Part shown: positions 47,491 through 57,410 of the stretch, piece by piece
Layout: each line of letters opens with the position of its first letter
Position numbering within the stretch: position 1 is the stretch's first letter
Assembly (NCBI GenBank): GCA_030698565.1
Contig: JAUYJS010000008.1
Span: 289,275 to 353,274, forward strand
Direction: 5' to 3'
DNA length: 64,000 nucleotides
Source of the DNA: Candidatus Shapirobacteria bacterium
Lineage (GTDB): Bacteria; Patescibacteriota; Microgenomatia; UBA12405
Notes under the pieces: generated by a model
Told to the model about the DNA's origin: nothing
Database searches by the model: none
Seen by the model: the letters and a program-made list of their open reading frames with translations, nothing else
Position numbers and translations under genes: made by a program

Positions 47491-49637
47491 CCAGTTATAC
47501 TAATTTTATGGCTAAGCGTGGTCGCCGCAAAAAAAATAAACTTTTACCCAGTCTTCGGTTAAAACCAGAGACGGTCAAGTCTATATTTTTTATATTCTTT
47601 TTGATCTTGTCTCTCTTGTCTATTTTCTCGTTTCTTCAAACGGGTCCAATTCCCATCTCCTACAACCAACTTTTATCCCAATATTTTGGTTTCGGTGGAA
47701 TTTTAATACCATTTTTATTTATTTTAATTGCTTTTTTATTTACCAAAGTCAAAACCCCACTCAAAGATTTAAATGTATTTTTAGGCTTTTTAATAATGTT
47801 TGTGTCAATTATAAGTCTTTTTCAAACCGGATTAGCCGGTATTTTTTTATGGGATCAATTTTTGTCTTTATTTGGTCAAGTCTTTAGTTTTTTAATATTT
47901 TTCTTTTCCTTTATTGTCGGTTTTGTAATTCTTTTTGATACTTCAATTGCCCAGATATTTCGTTTTATTTCCGCCACTTTTGCTTTAATTAAAAAATATA
48001 CCTTTGGTAACTCCAAAATCAAAGGTGATAAAAAAACCAAAAATGATGTTTATATCCAATCCGATGCGAATTACAAAGATCACTCAAAAGACAAAGACGA
48101 TCCAGTTGTAGTCAATATTCCGCCAGTTCTAAAAGATATTCAAACCCAATTATCAGTTGATCCTATTAAGTCTTTTAACACCTTAAATTCAACGGAAAAT
48201 AGAATCTGGGAATATCCGCCAATCTCTCTTTTCGACGACGCTCCTGGTGCCAAGGCCGACCGTGGTGATGTGCGCAAAAACGCCCAAATTATCGAACAAA
48301 CTCTTGATTCGTTTGGTATTACCGCTCGTGTTGCCGAAGTAAACAATAGCCCGTCGGTTACCCAATATGCTCTGGAAGTTGCCCTTGGTACAAAATTAGC
48401 CAAAATTCTCAGTTTATCTAATGACTTAGCTATGGCACTGGCTGCTCCTGGTGGTCAAATTCGTGTAGAAGCACCAATTCCTAGTCGATCATTAGTTGGT
48501 ATCGAAGTGCCCAACCGGTCTTTAGAAGTAGTACCGATCAAAAGAATCCTAGATTCGGAACCAATGAAGAATGCTAAAAATAAAATTACAATTCCGCTTG
48601 GTCTCGATGTGGCCGGTAATCCTAAGGTCGGCGATATCACCAAAATGCCCCACGTCTTAATTGCCGGGCAAACTGGTTCCGGTAAATCTGTCTGTGTCAA
48701 TTCTTGGATTTGTAATATTTTATTTAGGGCATCCCCAGACGAAGTTAGAATGATTATGGTCGACCCCAAAAGAGTCGAATTGACACCATACAACGGTATT
48801 CCTCATCTTTTAACTCCTGTTATAGTCGAGCCAGAAAAAGTGGTTTCAGCCCTAAAATGGGCCGTTTCCGAAATGGAACGCCGCTACAAAATGTTTACCG
48901 AAGTCGGTACGAAAAATATAGAAGCTTACAATAATATGGCCGGGTTCCAGTCTATTCCGTATATTTTAATCTTTATAGATGAATTAGCCGAAATTATGCT
49001 TTTTTCACCGTCTGAAGTGGAAGACAATATTTGTCGGATTGCTCAGATGGCTCGAGCTGTCGGTATTCATTTAATCTTAGCCACCCAAAGACCTTCTGTA
49101 AACATCATTACCGGATTGATCAAAGCCAATATTCCTACCAGATTAGCTTTTGCTGTTTCTTCTATGACCGATTCACGGGTTATTTTGGACACTCCGGGCG
49201 CCGAAAAACTTTTGGGTCGCGGCGACATGCTCTATATTCCACCAGAGTTAGCCAAGCCAGTTAGAATTCAAGGCTGTTTTGTATCAGACAAAGAAATCAA
49301 TAATTTAATTAATTTTCTTAAAAAACAAAAAACTACTGATTATGATGACCAAATAACAAGCCAACCAGTAGCCAGTTCCACTTCATTAAGTAAAAATACT
49401 CTTTCGGTAAATGGCGAGGATAGGGATACTTTGTTCGAAAATGCTGTCAAATTAGTTCAAGAAACAGGCAAGGCATCAGCTTCAATGATGCAGCGTCGTC
49501 TCAAATTGGGTTATGCTCGGGCAGCCAGGGTTTTGGATCAGTTAGAAGCAGCTGGAATAGTTGGGCCGTCCAATGGCGCCAAACCACGGGAAATATTAAT
49601 TGCACACAACAGCCCCTCCAATAATTCTGAAATCTAA
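47466..49637 (+). CDS. ftsK: DNA translocase FtsK/SpoIIIE (true start probably the MAKRGRR methionine near 47508)
   Basis: N-terminal TM segments, Walker A AGQTGSGKS, FIDELAE, and a C-terminal gamma winged-helix domain. Confidence 0.9.
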   Translation: MALCTIILTSYTNFMAKRGRRKKNKLLPSLRLKPETVKSIFFIFFLILSLLSIFSFLQTGPIPISYNQLLSQYFGFGGILIPFLFILIAFLFTKVKTPLKDLNVFLGFLIMFVSIISLFQTGLAGIFLWDQFLSLFGQVFSFLIFFFSFIVGFVILFDTSIAQIFRFISATFALIKKYTFGNSKIKGDKKTKNDVYIQSDANYKDHSKDKDDPVVVNIPPVLKDIQTQLSVDPIKSFNTLNSTENRIWEYPPISLFDDAPGAKADRGDVRKNAQIIEQTLDSFGITARVAEVNNSPSVTQYALEVALGTKLAKILSLSNDLAMALAAPGGQIRVEAPIPSRSLVGIEVPNRSLEVVPIKRILDSEPMKNAKNKITIPLGLDVAGNPKVGDITKMPHVLIAGQTGSGKSVCVNSWICNILFRASPDEVRMIMVDPKRVELTPYNGIPHLLTPVIVEPEKVVSALKWAVSEMERRYKMFTEVGTKNIEAYNNMAGFQSIPYILIFIDELAEIMLFSPSEVEDNICRIAQMARAVGIHLILATQRPSVNIITGLIKANIPTRLAFAVSSMTDSRVILDTPGAEKLLGRGDMLYIPPELAKPVRIQGCFVSDKEINNLINFLKKQKTTDYDDQITSQPVASSTSLSKNTLSVNGEDRDTLFENAVKLVQETGKASASMMQRRLKLGYARAARVLDQLEAAGIVGPSNGAKPREILIAHNSPSNNSEI

Positions 49638-49643
49638 CGCTTT

Positions 49644-50255
49644 ATGTTTCGCGCTTCCACCTTACTCAACAATGCCCGTCTAGAAAAAGAACTTGATTTT
49701 AGTGAAGTCGCCAAAAGACTCAAGATTAACGTTAAATATTTGGAAGCCTTGGAACAAGAGAACACTCATTGCTTTCCTCAAGAACCATACTGTTCACTAA
49801 TTATCAAGGATTATGCCGATTTTCTGGGATTAAATGGCCAGGAAATTTTGCGTATTTTTCGCCGGGATTTTGCTCAAAAACATAAGCAAAAATTATCTAA
49901 AAAAACATTTTTTTCCTTCACCCCTCAATTTACTTTTACAATTTCTATTATTATTACTATTGTTTTCTTTTCCCTTTACTTAGTTTCAGAATATGTAAAA
50001 TTTAATCGTCCGCCAAAACTAAAAGTTGACTGGCCACCCGAGTCAGTTTTGGTTGACAACAATATTGATATAAACGGAGTCACAGACCCAGAATCAACAG
50101 TTAGGGTTAATCAAGATTTGGTTATTGTTGACCAAAACGGAAATTTTGAAAAAGAAATTAGTCTAGTTTCAGCAGAGACAAAAGTAGTGATCGAGTCCAA
50201 GGGAACCAATGGTAAATCTACTTTTAGTGAAAAGACTTTTAAGATTAATAAATGA
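49644..50255 (+). CDS. RodZ-like HTH (XRE-type) membrane protein
   Basis: N-terminal HTH-like segment, a single TM (TFTISIIITIVFFSLYLV) and a C-terminal beta domain. Confidence 0.4.
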   Translation: MFRASTLLNNARLEKELDFSEVAKRLKINVKYLEALEQENTHCFPQEPYCSLIIKDYADFLGLNGQEILRIFRRDFAQKHKQKLSKKTFFSFTPQFTFTISIIITIVFFSLYLVSEYVKFNRPPKLKVDWPPESVLVDNNIDINGVTDPESTVRVNQDLVIVDQNGNFEKEISLVSAETKVVIESKGTNGKSTFSEKTFKINK

Positions 50256-50286
50256 AAAAATTTTTTAGATAGTCTATACTAATTTT

Positions 50287-50550
50287 ATGGACTTAACACA
50301 GATAATAATAATTATTAGCGTTGTTTGTATTACTGCCGTTATTGTGGGTTGCGGTATATGGCTAATATTAATCTTAAAAGAATTAAGGACCACACTTACA
50401 AAAACCAATGGCATTCTAGATGACACCAAATTAATTACCTCTTCAGTTGCCCAGCCGGTTTCATCTATCTCCGAGTTTGTGGTTGGATTTAAAAATGGCA
50501 TGAATTTTTTCAATAGTCTTTTAACTAAAAAAAATAAAAGTTCATCCTAA
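50287..50550 (+). CDS. Small membrane protein (DUF948/YtxG-like)
   Basis: 87 aa, N-terminal TM then a hydrophilic coiled region. Paired with a YtxH-like ORF as in Firmicutes ytxGH. Confidence 0.4.
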   Translation: MDLTQIIIIISVVCITAVIVGCGIWLILILKELRTTLTKTNGILDDTKLITSSVAQPVSSISEFVVGFKNGMNFFNSLLTKKNKSSS

Positions 50551-50551
50551 A

Positions 50552-50860
50552 ATGGCTCACAAAGAATGCAATTGTTGTCACGAAGATAATTCATCAAGTG
50601 CCAGCTTCATGTTTGGCATTATCATCGGGGCTATTGCTGGAGCCATCATCGCCGTTCTAATTTATCGAAACAACAAAAACGAAGTTATAAAAACTTTAAA
50701 GAATAAAATCGAAAGCTTTTTTAAATCTTTTACGTCAGATACTCTAGTCACAACCTCTCCCAAAAAAAATAAAACTAAAATTAATATTGCGGATATTAGT
50801 ACCGAACCAGTTAAACCTCATAAATCAACACCAAAAGTTTTCATCCGCGCCCGTAAATAA
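50552..50860 (+). CDS. YtxH-like small membrane protein (glycine-zipper TM)
   Basis: GIIIGAIAGAIIAVLIY GxxxG-repeat TM helix; 102 aa. Confidence 0.4.
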   Translation: MAHKECNCCHEDNSSSASFMFGIIIGAIAGAIIAVLIYRNNKNEVIKTLKNKIESFFKSFTSDTLVTTSPKKNKTKINIADISTEPVKPHKSTPKVFIRARK

Positions 50861-50884
50861 GTTTTTGTTTGTTATAATTTCCCT

Positions 50885-52699
50885 ATGAACGCAGCGGAAT
50901 TAAAGCAAAAATTTGTCAATTTTTTTGTCTCACACGGACATGTGGAAATTCCCTCGGCTCCGATAGTTCCCGAAAACGATCCGACCACCCTTTTTATTTC
51001 TGCTGGCATGCACCCTTTAGTTTCATATCTTCTAGGTCAGCCCCATCCATTAGGCAAGAGATTGGTAAATGTTCAAAAATGCATTCGAACTGGTGATATT
51101 GATGATATTGGCGACAATCGTCATCATACATTTTTCGAAATGCTCGGCAATTGGTCTTTAGGCGATTATTTCAAAGACGACATGATTCCTTGGAGTTTTG
51201 AATTTTTAACTAAAATTTTAAATATTAATCCAAACGATTTACACATTACCTGCTTTGTCGGCGACGAAAATTCTCCCAAAGACGAAGAGAGTGCTGGTCT
51301 TTGGAAAATCACAGGCATCCCCTCAAACCATATTCATTTTATGCCCAAAGAAGATAATTGGTGGGGCCCCGCCGGGGTTACTGGTCCGTGTGGCCCGGAT
51401 ACGGAAATGTTTTTGGATACCAAGCCAGAATTACCCGAAGTCGAATTTGAAGAAGGCTGTAAGGCAGAACGCTATGTTGAAATCTGGAATGATGTCTTTA
51501 TGCAGTTCAATAAAGATTCAAACGGTAAATACGAACCACTTAAACAAACAAATGTGGATACAGGCATGGGTGTGGAAAGAACCACCGCAATTTTATCCGG
51601 ATTTTCGGATAATTATATGTCTTCAATTTGGCAACCAATCATCAAAAAAATTGAAGAAATATCAAATAAAAATTACGTAGGGGTGAATCACGATTCGCCC
51701 TCATTACAAGAAGAATCCGAAACAAAATCCATTCGCATCATCGCCGATCACATCCGTGCCTCGGTTTTTATGATTGCCGCTGGCGTCGAACCGAGCAACA
51801 AAGAAAGGGGGTATGTATTGCGTCGCCTTATCAGACGAAGCATTCGCGAGGGCAAGAAATTAGGAATCGAATCAAACTTTACGGTTATAATTGCCAATGC
51901 AGTTTTAGACAACCAGAACAATTTTGCTGGTAATTATCCCGAATTAAATCTAAACAAAGACAAACTATTAATCTCTCTAGAAACCGAAGAAAATAAATTT
52001 AGAAAAACCCTGGACAATGGTCTCAAAGAAATTCAAAAATTAATTGATAAAAATAAAAACGTCAGTGGTAAAGAAGCCTTTACACTTTATGAAAGTTTTG
52101 GCTTTCCTGTCGAGATGGTAGTAGAGGAATTAAAAAAATATAATCTTGCTTTAGATATCGAAGAATTTAATGCAGCCAAAGAAGAACACCAACAACAATC
52201 TCGCACTCTCTCTGCGGGCAAATTTAAATCAGGTCTCGCCGATCACTCAGAAATTGCGACCAAATATCATACTGCCACTCATCTTTTACACGCCGCTTTA
52301 CGTCAGGTTCTGGGAGAACATGTGCAACAATCTGGTTCTAATATCACCGAAGAGCGAATGCGTTTTGATTTTAGCCACGGTGATAAACTAACCGAATCGC
52401 AAATTAAAGAAATTGAAGATTTAGTAAACGCAAAAATTAATGAAAAATTACCCGTAATTTGTCAAACCATGAAATTTACCGAAGCACAAAAGGAAGGAGC
52501 TTTGGCATTTTTCGGAACCAAATACCCAAAGACTGTTACCGTTTATACAATAGGTGATATTGGTAATTATTTTTCTAAAGAAGTTTGCACTGGACCACAT
52601 ATATCCAATACTTCTGAATTGGGACACTTTAAAATTATTAAAGAAGAATCGGCCGCCTCAGGCAAAAGAAGAATTTACGCTATTTTTATAGTATTCTAG
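50885..52699 (+). CDS. alaS: Alanine--tRNA ligase (catalytic and editing domains; C-Ala domain absent)
   Basis: N-terminus FVSHGHVEIPSAPIVPENDPTTLFISAGM, HTATHLLHAALRQVLGEHV (HxxxH editing motif), 604 aa. Confidence 0.9.
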   Translation: MNAAELKQKFVNFFVSHGHVEIPSAPIVPENDPTTLFISAGMHPLVSYLLGQPHPLGKRLVNVQKCIRTGDIDDIGDNRHHTFFEMLGNWSLGDYFKDDMIPWSFEFLTKILNINPNDLHITCFVGDENSPKDEESAGLWKITGIPSNHIHFMPKEDNWWGPAGVTGPCGPDTEMFLDTKPELPEVEFEEGCKAERYVEIWNDVFMQFNKDSNGKYEPLKQTNVDTGMGVERTTAILSGFSDNYMSSIWQPIIKKIEEISNKNYVGVNHDSPSLQEESETKSIRIIADHIRASVFMIAAGVEPSNKERGYVLRRLIRRSIREGKKLGIESNFTVIIANAVLDNQNNFAGNYPELNLNKDKLLISLETEENKFRKTLDNGLKEIQKLIDKNKNVSGKEAFTLYESFGFPVEMVVEELKKYNLALDIEEFNAAKEEHQQQSRTLSAGKFKSGLADHSEIATKYHTATHLLHAALRQVLGEHVQQSGSNITEERMRFDFSHGDKLTESQIKEIEDLVNAKINEKLPVICQTMKFTEAQKEGALAFFGTKYPKTVTVYTIGDIGNYFSKEVCTGPHISNTSELGHFKIIKEESAASGKRRIYAIFIVF

Positions 52700-52703
52700 A
52701 GTA

Positions 52704-54842
52704 ATGAGCCAGACTAGTTTTTGGTTAGTTTCAATTGAAGATACACATGTTTCTGTAACCTTGGTATCCCATTTTAATAAAAGTTTTTCTGTCATGGCCA
52801 CCGGTCCTCAAATTTCTTGGTCGGCAGAAACAGAAGACTCTTTAAATATGGCTATCGACGAATCATTGTCATCTGCGGCCTCTCAAGCCCAAATTTCAGA
52901 GGATCAGGAACCAACAAAAGCCGCCTTCATTTTACCTCCGTTTTGGGTCGGGTCCGACAATAAAATTGTTGCAGGCAAATTAAAATTAATCGAAAATTTA
53001 TGCAGAAGTCTAAAATTAAAACCCACTGGTTTTATTGCCAATGACGAGGCTATTGCCGAGGAGACTAATTTAAAAGACGGTTTTCCTGCTAGTTTCATTC
53101 TTCTTAATTTAGGTAAATCTGAATTCACTCTATCTTTGGTGTACCTTGGTAAAGTTAAAGAACGAATCCGCAAAGCCTTTACGGATAACTTTAACCCCAC
53201 CCAAGTCGAATCTACTCTTTTAGAAATTAATTCTGAATCAACGCTTCCTCCGCAAATTATTGTCTTTGGACAAACTGACGACAGTATTATTTCTTCATTA
53301 AAAAATTATTCTTGGATAGGTAAAAAAAATGTTGAAACATTTCTTCATTTTCCCGATATAAAACAATATCTGACCGAAGAACTCATAAATATTTATACTC
53401 GAATTATTTCAGTTCAAATTCCCCAAGAAGAACCACAGCCAACAGAAATAGAACCAGTCGTCGAAGTTGAAAATGAAGAAAGTTCTCTTGATGAAGTTTC
53501 TTCCGAAGATTTAGGCTTTAGTGAAGATATGCCACTTCCAACTTTTATTCAAACACCAGCCGAATTTGAACCAGAGCCAGAAGTTGAAAATATAATACCA
53601 GTCATTATTCCAAAAAATGACTTTATAAAAAAAATAAATCTCAAAAACAAATTTAGGCTACCGCGGTTTAAAATTCATTTTGCTTTTAAATCAAAATTTA
53701 AACCACCCGTCATCTCACTAATTGCAATTTCACCTCTTTTGATTTTAATCCCATTTTATTTTTCTTCCGCTAAAATTACACTTTTTGTCACCCCATACGT
53801 AATTTCCAAAAAAATTCCTATTATTCTCGATTCCACAGTTGAATCTTTTAATAGTAATAAGGGTATTGTTCCAGTCAAAAAACAAACTTTTTCGATCAAT
53901 ACCACAGCCTCAGTCGAAACTACAGGCAAAAAAACAGTCGGGGACAAGGCCAAAGGCGAAATTGTAGTTTTTAATAAACAAGACAAAAGCCAAACTATTC
54001 CCAAGGGAACCGTTTTGGTCGATTCTTCTGGAAAAAAATTTCAATTAATTAATTCGGCGGTAATTGCCTCCAGTAGCTCGGATTTTGAAAAAGGAGTTAT
54101 AAATCTGGGTCAAACAAAAACAGTTGTCGAAGCTATGGATATTGGTCCCGAATACAATTTAAACAAAGACACTAAATTAATATTTAAGGATATTTCGGAA
54201 AATTTACTCGTCGGAAAAATAGCTGATTCGTTTTCCGGTGGCAGTAAACGCCAAATAAATGCTGTCAGTGCCAGCGACAAAACAACCCTGGAACAAAAAA
54301 TTAATCAGGCGACCAAAGACGCTGTCAGTGAAAAAATAAGTAAAGACGTTTCGGGTCTTATTGGTGCTATCAGTGAAAGCGTCCAAAGCAAACAGTCACA
54401 CATTGAATACAGCCGAGAGATTGATGAGGAGGCCGACGAATTAAGTGCCACATCAGAAGCTTCTGTCATAGTTTTTGTATTAGACCCAGAAGAAAAAAGC
54501 CAAATTATAGACAATTTTTTATCTTCCGAAGAGACTTATCGCCAATCCCAACACAGTTCCAATGGTATCGATATGAAATTTAAGTTGGATAAAATTGATG
54601 AAGACAAAGCTATTGGTACTTTGGATTTAGAAGGACAATTAATACCAAATATTGATATCTCTCAAATTAGAAAAAGAATAACTGGTAAAACTCAGTCAAG
54701 TGCAATTAGTTATCTCAAAAAAGGAATTGACCGTGTCTATAACTACCATATCGATTTTAATTTCAAATTGTTTGGCAGTTTAACCCCCATGCCTTTCCGA
54801 TCCCAAAACATAGTTATCGATATTAAAACCGAAAGTTTGTGA
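52704..54842 (+). CDS. Hypothetical bitopic protein: N-terminal actin-like (FtsA/PilM-like) region, acidic linker, one TM, large extracytoplasmic domain
   Basis: N-terminus FWLVSIEDTHVSVTLVS and ILLNLGKSEFTLSLV resemble the phosphate-1 and phosphate-2 motifs of the FtsA/PilM actin fold. An E/P-rich linker leads to TM ISLIAISPLLILIPFYF; the remaining about 350 aa have no recognised fold. Confidence 0.5.
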   Translation: MSQTSFWLVSIEDTHVSVTLVSHFNKSFSVMATGPQISWSAETEDSLNMAIDESLSSAASQAQISEDQEPTKAAFILPPFWVGSDNKIVAGKLKLIENLCRSLKLKPTGFIANDEAIAEETNLKDGFPASFILLNLGKSEFTLSLVYLGKVKERIRKAFTDNFNPTQVESTLLEINSESTLPPQIIVFGQTDDSIISSLKNYSWIGKKNVETFLHFPDIKQYLTEELINIYTRIISVQIPQEEPQPTEIEPVVEVENEESSLDEVSSEDLGFSEDMPLPTFIQTPAEFEPEPEVENIIPVIIPKNDFIKKINLKNKFRLPRFKIHFAFKSKFKPPVISLIAISPLLILIPFYFSSAKITLFVTPYVISKKIPIILDSTVESFNSNKGIVPVKKQTFSINTTASVETTGKKTVGDKAKGEIVVFNKQDKSQTIPKGTVLVDSSGKKFQLINSAVIASSSSDFEKGVINLGQTKTVVEAMDIGPEYNLNKDTKLIFKDISENLLVGKIADSFSGGSKRQINAVSASDKTTLEQKINQATKDAVSEKISKDVSGLIGAISESVQSKQSHIEYSREIDEEADELSATSEASVIVFVLDPEEKSQIIDNFLSSEETYRQSQHSSNGIDMKFKLDKIDEDKAIGTLDLEGQLIPNIDISQIRKRITGKTQSSAISYLKKGIDRVYNYHIDFNFKLFGSLTPMPFRSQNIVIDIKTESL

Positions 54843-55570
54843 TTTACTCCTACGTCAAAAAAACAGCCAATATTCCCAAAATTTCTCGGCCCAAAAAGAA
54901 GTATTTAGCTATAATCTTTTTTTCTTTTGGATTAATTTCTGTGATGTCTGCCGTCTTACCCATAATTCGGTATCAGCTGGAATATTCTATTAAATTTGGA
55001 CAAATGATAAGTCCACTATCCCCGAAGTTTTATAATCGTTCGCCGAGTGTGCTAGGGGACTTATCGACCGATTATACTCAACTCTCCAATTGGTTCGTCG
55101 AGGATTCTCAAAAACCCAACGGTGTCACTAAAATACTAAGCCCGGAAGGATTAATCTACTACACAATTTCCATTCCAAAATTAAAAATTAAAGACGCAAC
55201 AGTTGAAATTGGTAGTATGGATCTTAAAAAAAGCTTGATCCAGTATCCGCAAACCGCCCTACCTGGACAGTTAGGAAATTCTGTTATTTTCGGTCATTCT
55301 GTTTTGCCTCAATTTTTTAATCCCAAGTCATATTTGACAATTTTTTCTACTCTCTATCGTCTCAAACAAGGAGATGAAATTCTTGTTGATTTTGACAGTG
55401 TTAAATATAAATATCTTGTAGAAGAAATGTATGAAATTCAGCCAACCGATCTGTCAGTACTCGAACAAAGATTTGACGATCGATATATCACCATGATTAC
55501 TTGTACTCCACCAGGAACTTATCTTCGAAGGTTAGTAGTTAAAGCCCGGCTTCAAAGTGGTAAGAACTGA
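54839..55570 (+). CDS. Sortase-family transpeptidase
   Basis: N-terminal TM, catalytic-His region VIFGHSVLP, and an active-site ITMITCTPPG (TLxTC-like) motif. Confidence 0.75.
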   Translation: MIYSYVKKTANIPKISRPKKKYLAIIFFSFGLISVMSAVLPIIRYQLEYSIKFGQMISPLSPKFYNRSPSVLGDLSTDYTQLSNWFVEDSQKPNGVTKILSPEGLIYYTISIPKLKIKDATVEIGSMDLKKSLIQYPQTALPGQLGNSVIFGHSVLPQFFNPKSYLTIFSTLYRLKQGDEILVDFDSVKYKYLVEEMYEIQPTDLSVLEQRFDDRYITMITCTPPGTYLRRLVVKARLQSGKN

Positions 55571-55607
55571 TATAAAAGTTATAATTTAGCTATTATTAAT
55601 ATAATTT

Positions 55608-55982
55608 ATGAATATTTTAGCAATAGATTATGGAACAAAAAGAATTGGTCTAGCCGTTTCAATTATGGGCATAATATCGCCGATAGAATCGGTAAAAAAT
55701 AATAGTGATTTTATTACGATTTTAAAAAAAATTATTGAGGAAAATAGGATAGAAAAAATATATGTAGGAATTTCTGATGGTCCCATAGTTTCCAAGATAA
55801 AAGAGTTTGTTAAAGACCTTTCCTCTGTGCTACAATTACCAGTAGAAACGGTTGATGAGGCGGTATCTACCATTGAAGCCAACGAAATATTTGTACAAAA
55901 TAAGAAGAAAGATAAAAAGTTCAAGGCATCAATCGACTCAATCGCTGCCGCAGTTATTTTGCGAAGAGTGATAGAAAGTTAA
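55608..55982 (+). CDS. ruvX: Holliday-junction resolvase-like RuvX (YqgF)
   Basis: ILAIDYGTKRIGLAVS N-terminus, 124 aa, conserved alaS-ruvX-mltG neighbourhood. Confidence 0.85.
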   Translation: MNILAIDYGTKRIGLAVSIMGIISPIESVKNNSDFITILKKIIEENRIEKIYVGISDGPIVSKIKEFVKDLSSVLQLPVETVDEAVSTIEANEIFVQNKKKDKKFKASIDSIAAAVILRRVIES

Positions 55983-55997
55983 TTGTTAAAATAAAAT

Positions 55998-56195
55998 ATG
56001 TTTAAAAATCTAATTGCCCCAATCCAAGCCTGGTTATTGTCCCAAGGACGCTGTGTTGGTTGTAATGCCAAACTTTCTCTTGGCTTTAAAAAAGAAGTTA
56101 GGGGGAATACTACCGTGACATGTCGTTGCGGTCGAATTTTTATCTACGATCCAGAAAAAAAAATATACCGCCGAGCATTATTTGATGAAGTTTAA
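55998..56195 (+). CDS. Small zinc-ribbon protein
   Basis: CVGCN...CRCGRIF pair of CxxC motifs, 65 aa. Confidence 0.45.
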   Translation: MFKNLIAPIQAWLLSQGRCVGCNAKLSLGFKKEVRGNTTVTCRCGRIFIYDPEKKIYRRALFDEV

Positions 56196-57166
56196 TGAAA
56201 AAAGTTTTAGTCATTATTACTATTCTGGATTTAATCGCTGGAAGCGCTGGACTTTACTTAGTTTTAAGCAACAAACCCGTCTCACCTGTTTTTAAAAATC
56301 AAGTCTTTGTTATTAATCAGGGTGAAAGTGTCAATTTAATTGGCCAAAGATTAAAAACTAACCATCTAATTAAAAGCTCCCACACCTTCCTTTTTTATTC
56401 TTATGTTTTAGGATTAAACACCAAACTCCAAGCCGGCACCTTTAAACTTTCTCCATCCTTAACCACCCGGGAAACTTTGATCAAATTATCAAAAGGCGGT
56501 AGTCATGATTACTGGCTTAAAATAAAAGATGGTTCTCGGATCGAAGAGATATCTGCACTTTTTGAAGACAACGCCAGTATTACTCCAAAAGATTTTATAG
56601 ATAAAGCCAAAACCAAAGAAGGGTACCTTTTTCCTGACAGTTACCTCGTCCCTCAATACTTTACTGTCGATCAAATTTTAGATATTGTCAATAAAAATTT
56701 TTTTCAAAAGTTTGTAGAAGCCCAAAACAATAAAACTAATTTGCAACTTTCCGATAAAGAAATTATAATTTTAGCCTCTCTCTTAGAAAGAGAAGGCAAG
56801 AGTTTAGAATCAAAACAAATAATTGCTGGTATTTTATTAAACAGGCTGGATCTTGGTATGCCATTACAGTTGGACGCCACAGTTCAATTTGCTCGCGATT
56901 CTAAATTACCTCACCCTAAAACTTATTGGCTTCCTTTAGAAAAAAGTTTAATTAGTAATATTGACTCACCGTTTAATACTTACAAATATCCAAATTTACC
57001 ACCATCTCCAATTTGCAATCCTGGATATAACTCCCTCTTTGCTGCTTTTCATCCAACTACGTCCGACTACCTTTTTTACATAACCGGCACCGATGGTCAG
57101 ATGTACTATGCCAAGACCCTCCCCGAGCACAATCAAAATATCCAAAAATACTTGAGAGCTATTTGA
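56195..57166 (+). CDS. mltG: Endolytic murein transglycosylase MltG (YceG family)
   Basis: N-terminal TM and the YceG-like motifs LASLLEREGK, GILLNRL, LQLDATVQFA, NTYKYPNLPPSPICNPG. Confidence 0.8.
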   Translation: MKKVLVIITILDLIAGSAGLYLVLSNKPVSPVFKNQVFVINQGESVNLIGQRLKTNHLIKSSHTFLFYSYVLGLNTKLQAGTFKLSPSLTTRETLIKLSKGGSHDYWLKIKDGSRIEEISALFEDNASITPKDFIDKAKTKEGYLFPDSYLVPQYFTVDQILDIVNKNFFQKFVEAQNNKTNLQLSDKEIIILASLLEREGKSLESKQIIAGILLNRLDLGMPLQLDATVQFARDSKLPHPKTYWLPLEKSLISNIDSPFNTYKYPNLPPSPICNPGYNSLFAAFHPTTSDYLFYITGTDGQMYYAKTLPEHNQNIQKYLRAI

Positions 57167-57224
57167 CAATCCCTGCAAAATTTTCCACAATAGAGTGTTC
57201 TTTAATGTGCAAATAGTTTTATTA

Positions 57225-57410
57225 ACAAGAGCGTGTGGTCCTGCTTTGCAGGAATACGAGGAGGGAGTCCCTTGCTTTGCAAGGGAAATCGGACCTTCAC
57301 AATATATGTGAAGAGTTATCTGCGGAAACTCCCAGGTGGCAACTGCCACCTAAATGTCTTTTTTAAAACTTTGGAGTAATCCAAAACCTAAAGAGAAGAC
57401 AATCAGTTAC
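57225..57410 (+). ncRNA. Candidate glmS ribozyme (GlcN6P-responsive self-cleaving riboswitch) in the glmS leader
   Basis: 319-nt non-coding gap upstream of glmS. Its segments ACGAGGAGGGAG ... CUGCGGAAACUCCCAGG ... UAAAUGUCUUUUUUAAAACUUUGGAGUAAUCCAAAACCUAAAGAGAAGACAAUCA parallel B. subtilis glmS core segments (GACGAGGAUGGAGG, CGGCGGAUGCCUCCCGG, UAAGGAUUUCUUCAAACCAAGGGGGUGACUCCUUGAACAAAGAGAAAUCA). The comparison is recalled from memory. Confidence 0.55.

Noticed and set aside
57335-57360. GGUGGCAACUGCCACC followed by UAAAUGUCUUUUUU looked like a rho-independent terminator after mltG
   Set aside because: It lies in the middle of a leader that, as a whole, parallels the glmS ribozyme. The hairpin corresponds to the P3 region, and the downstream sequence continues into the conserved P4/AAAGAGAA segment.
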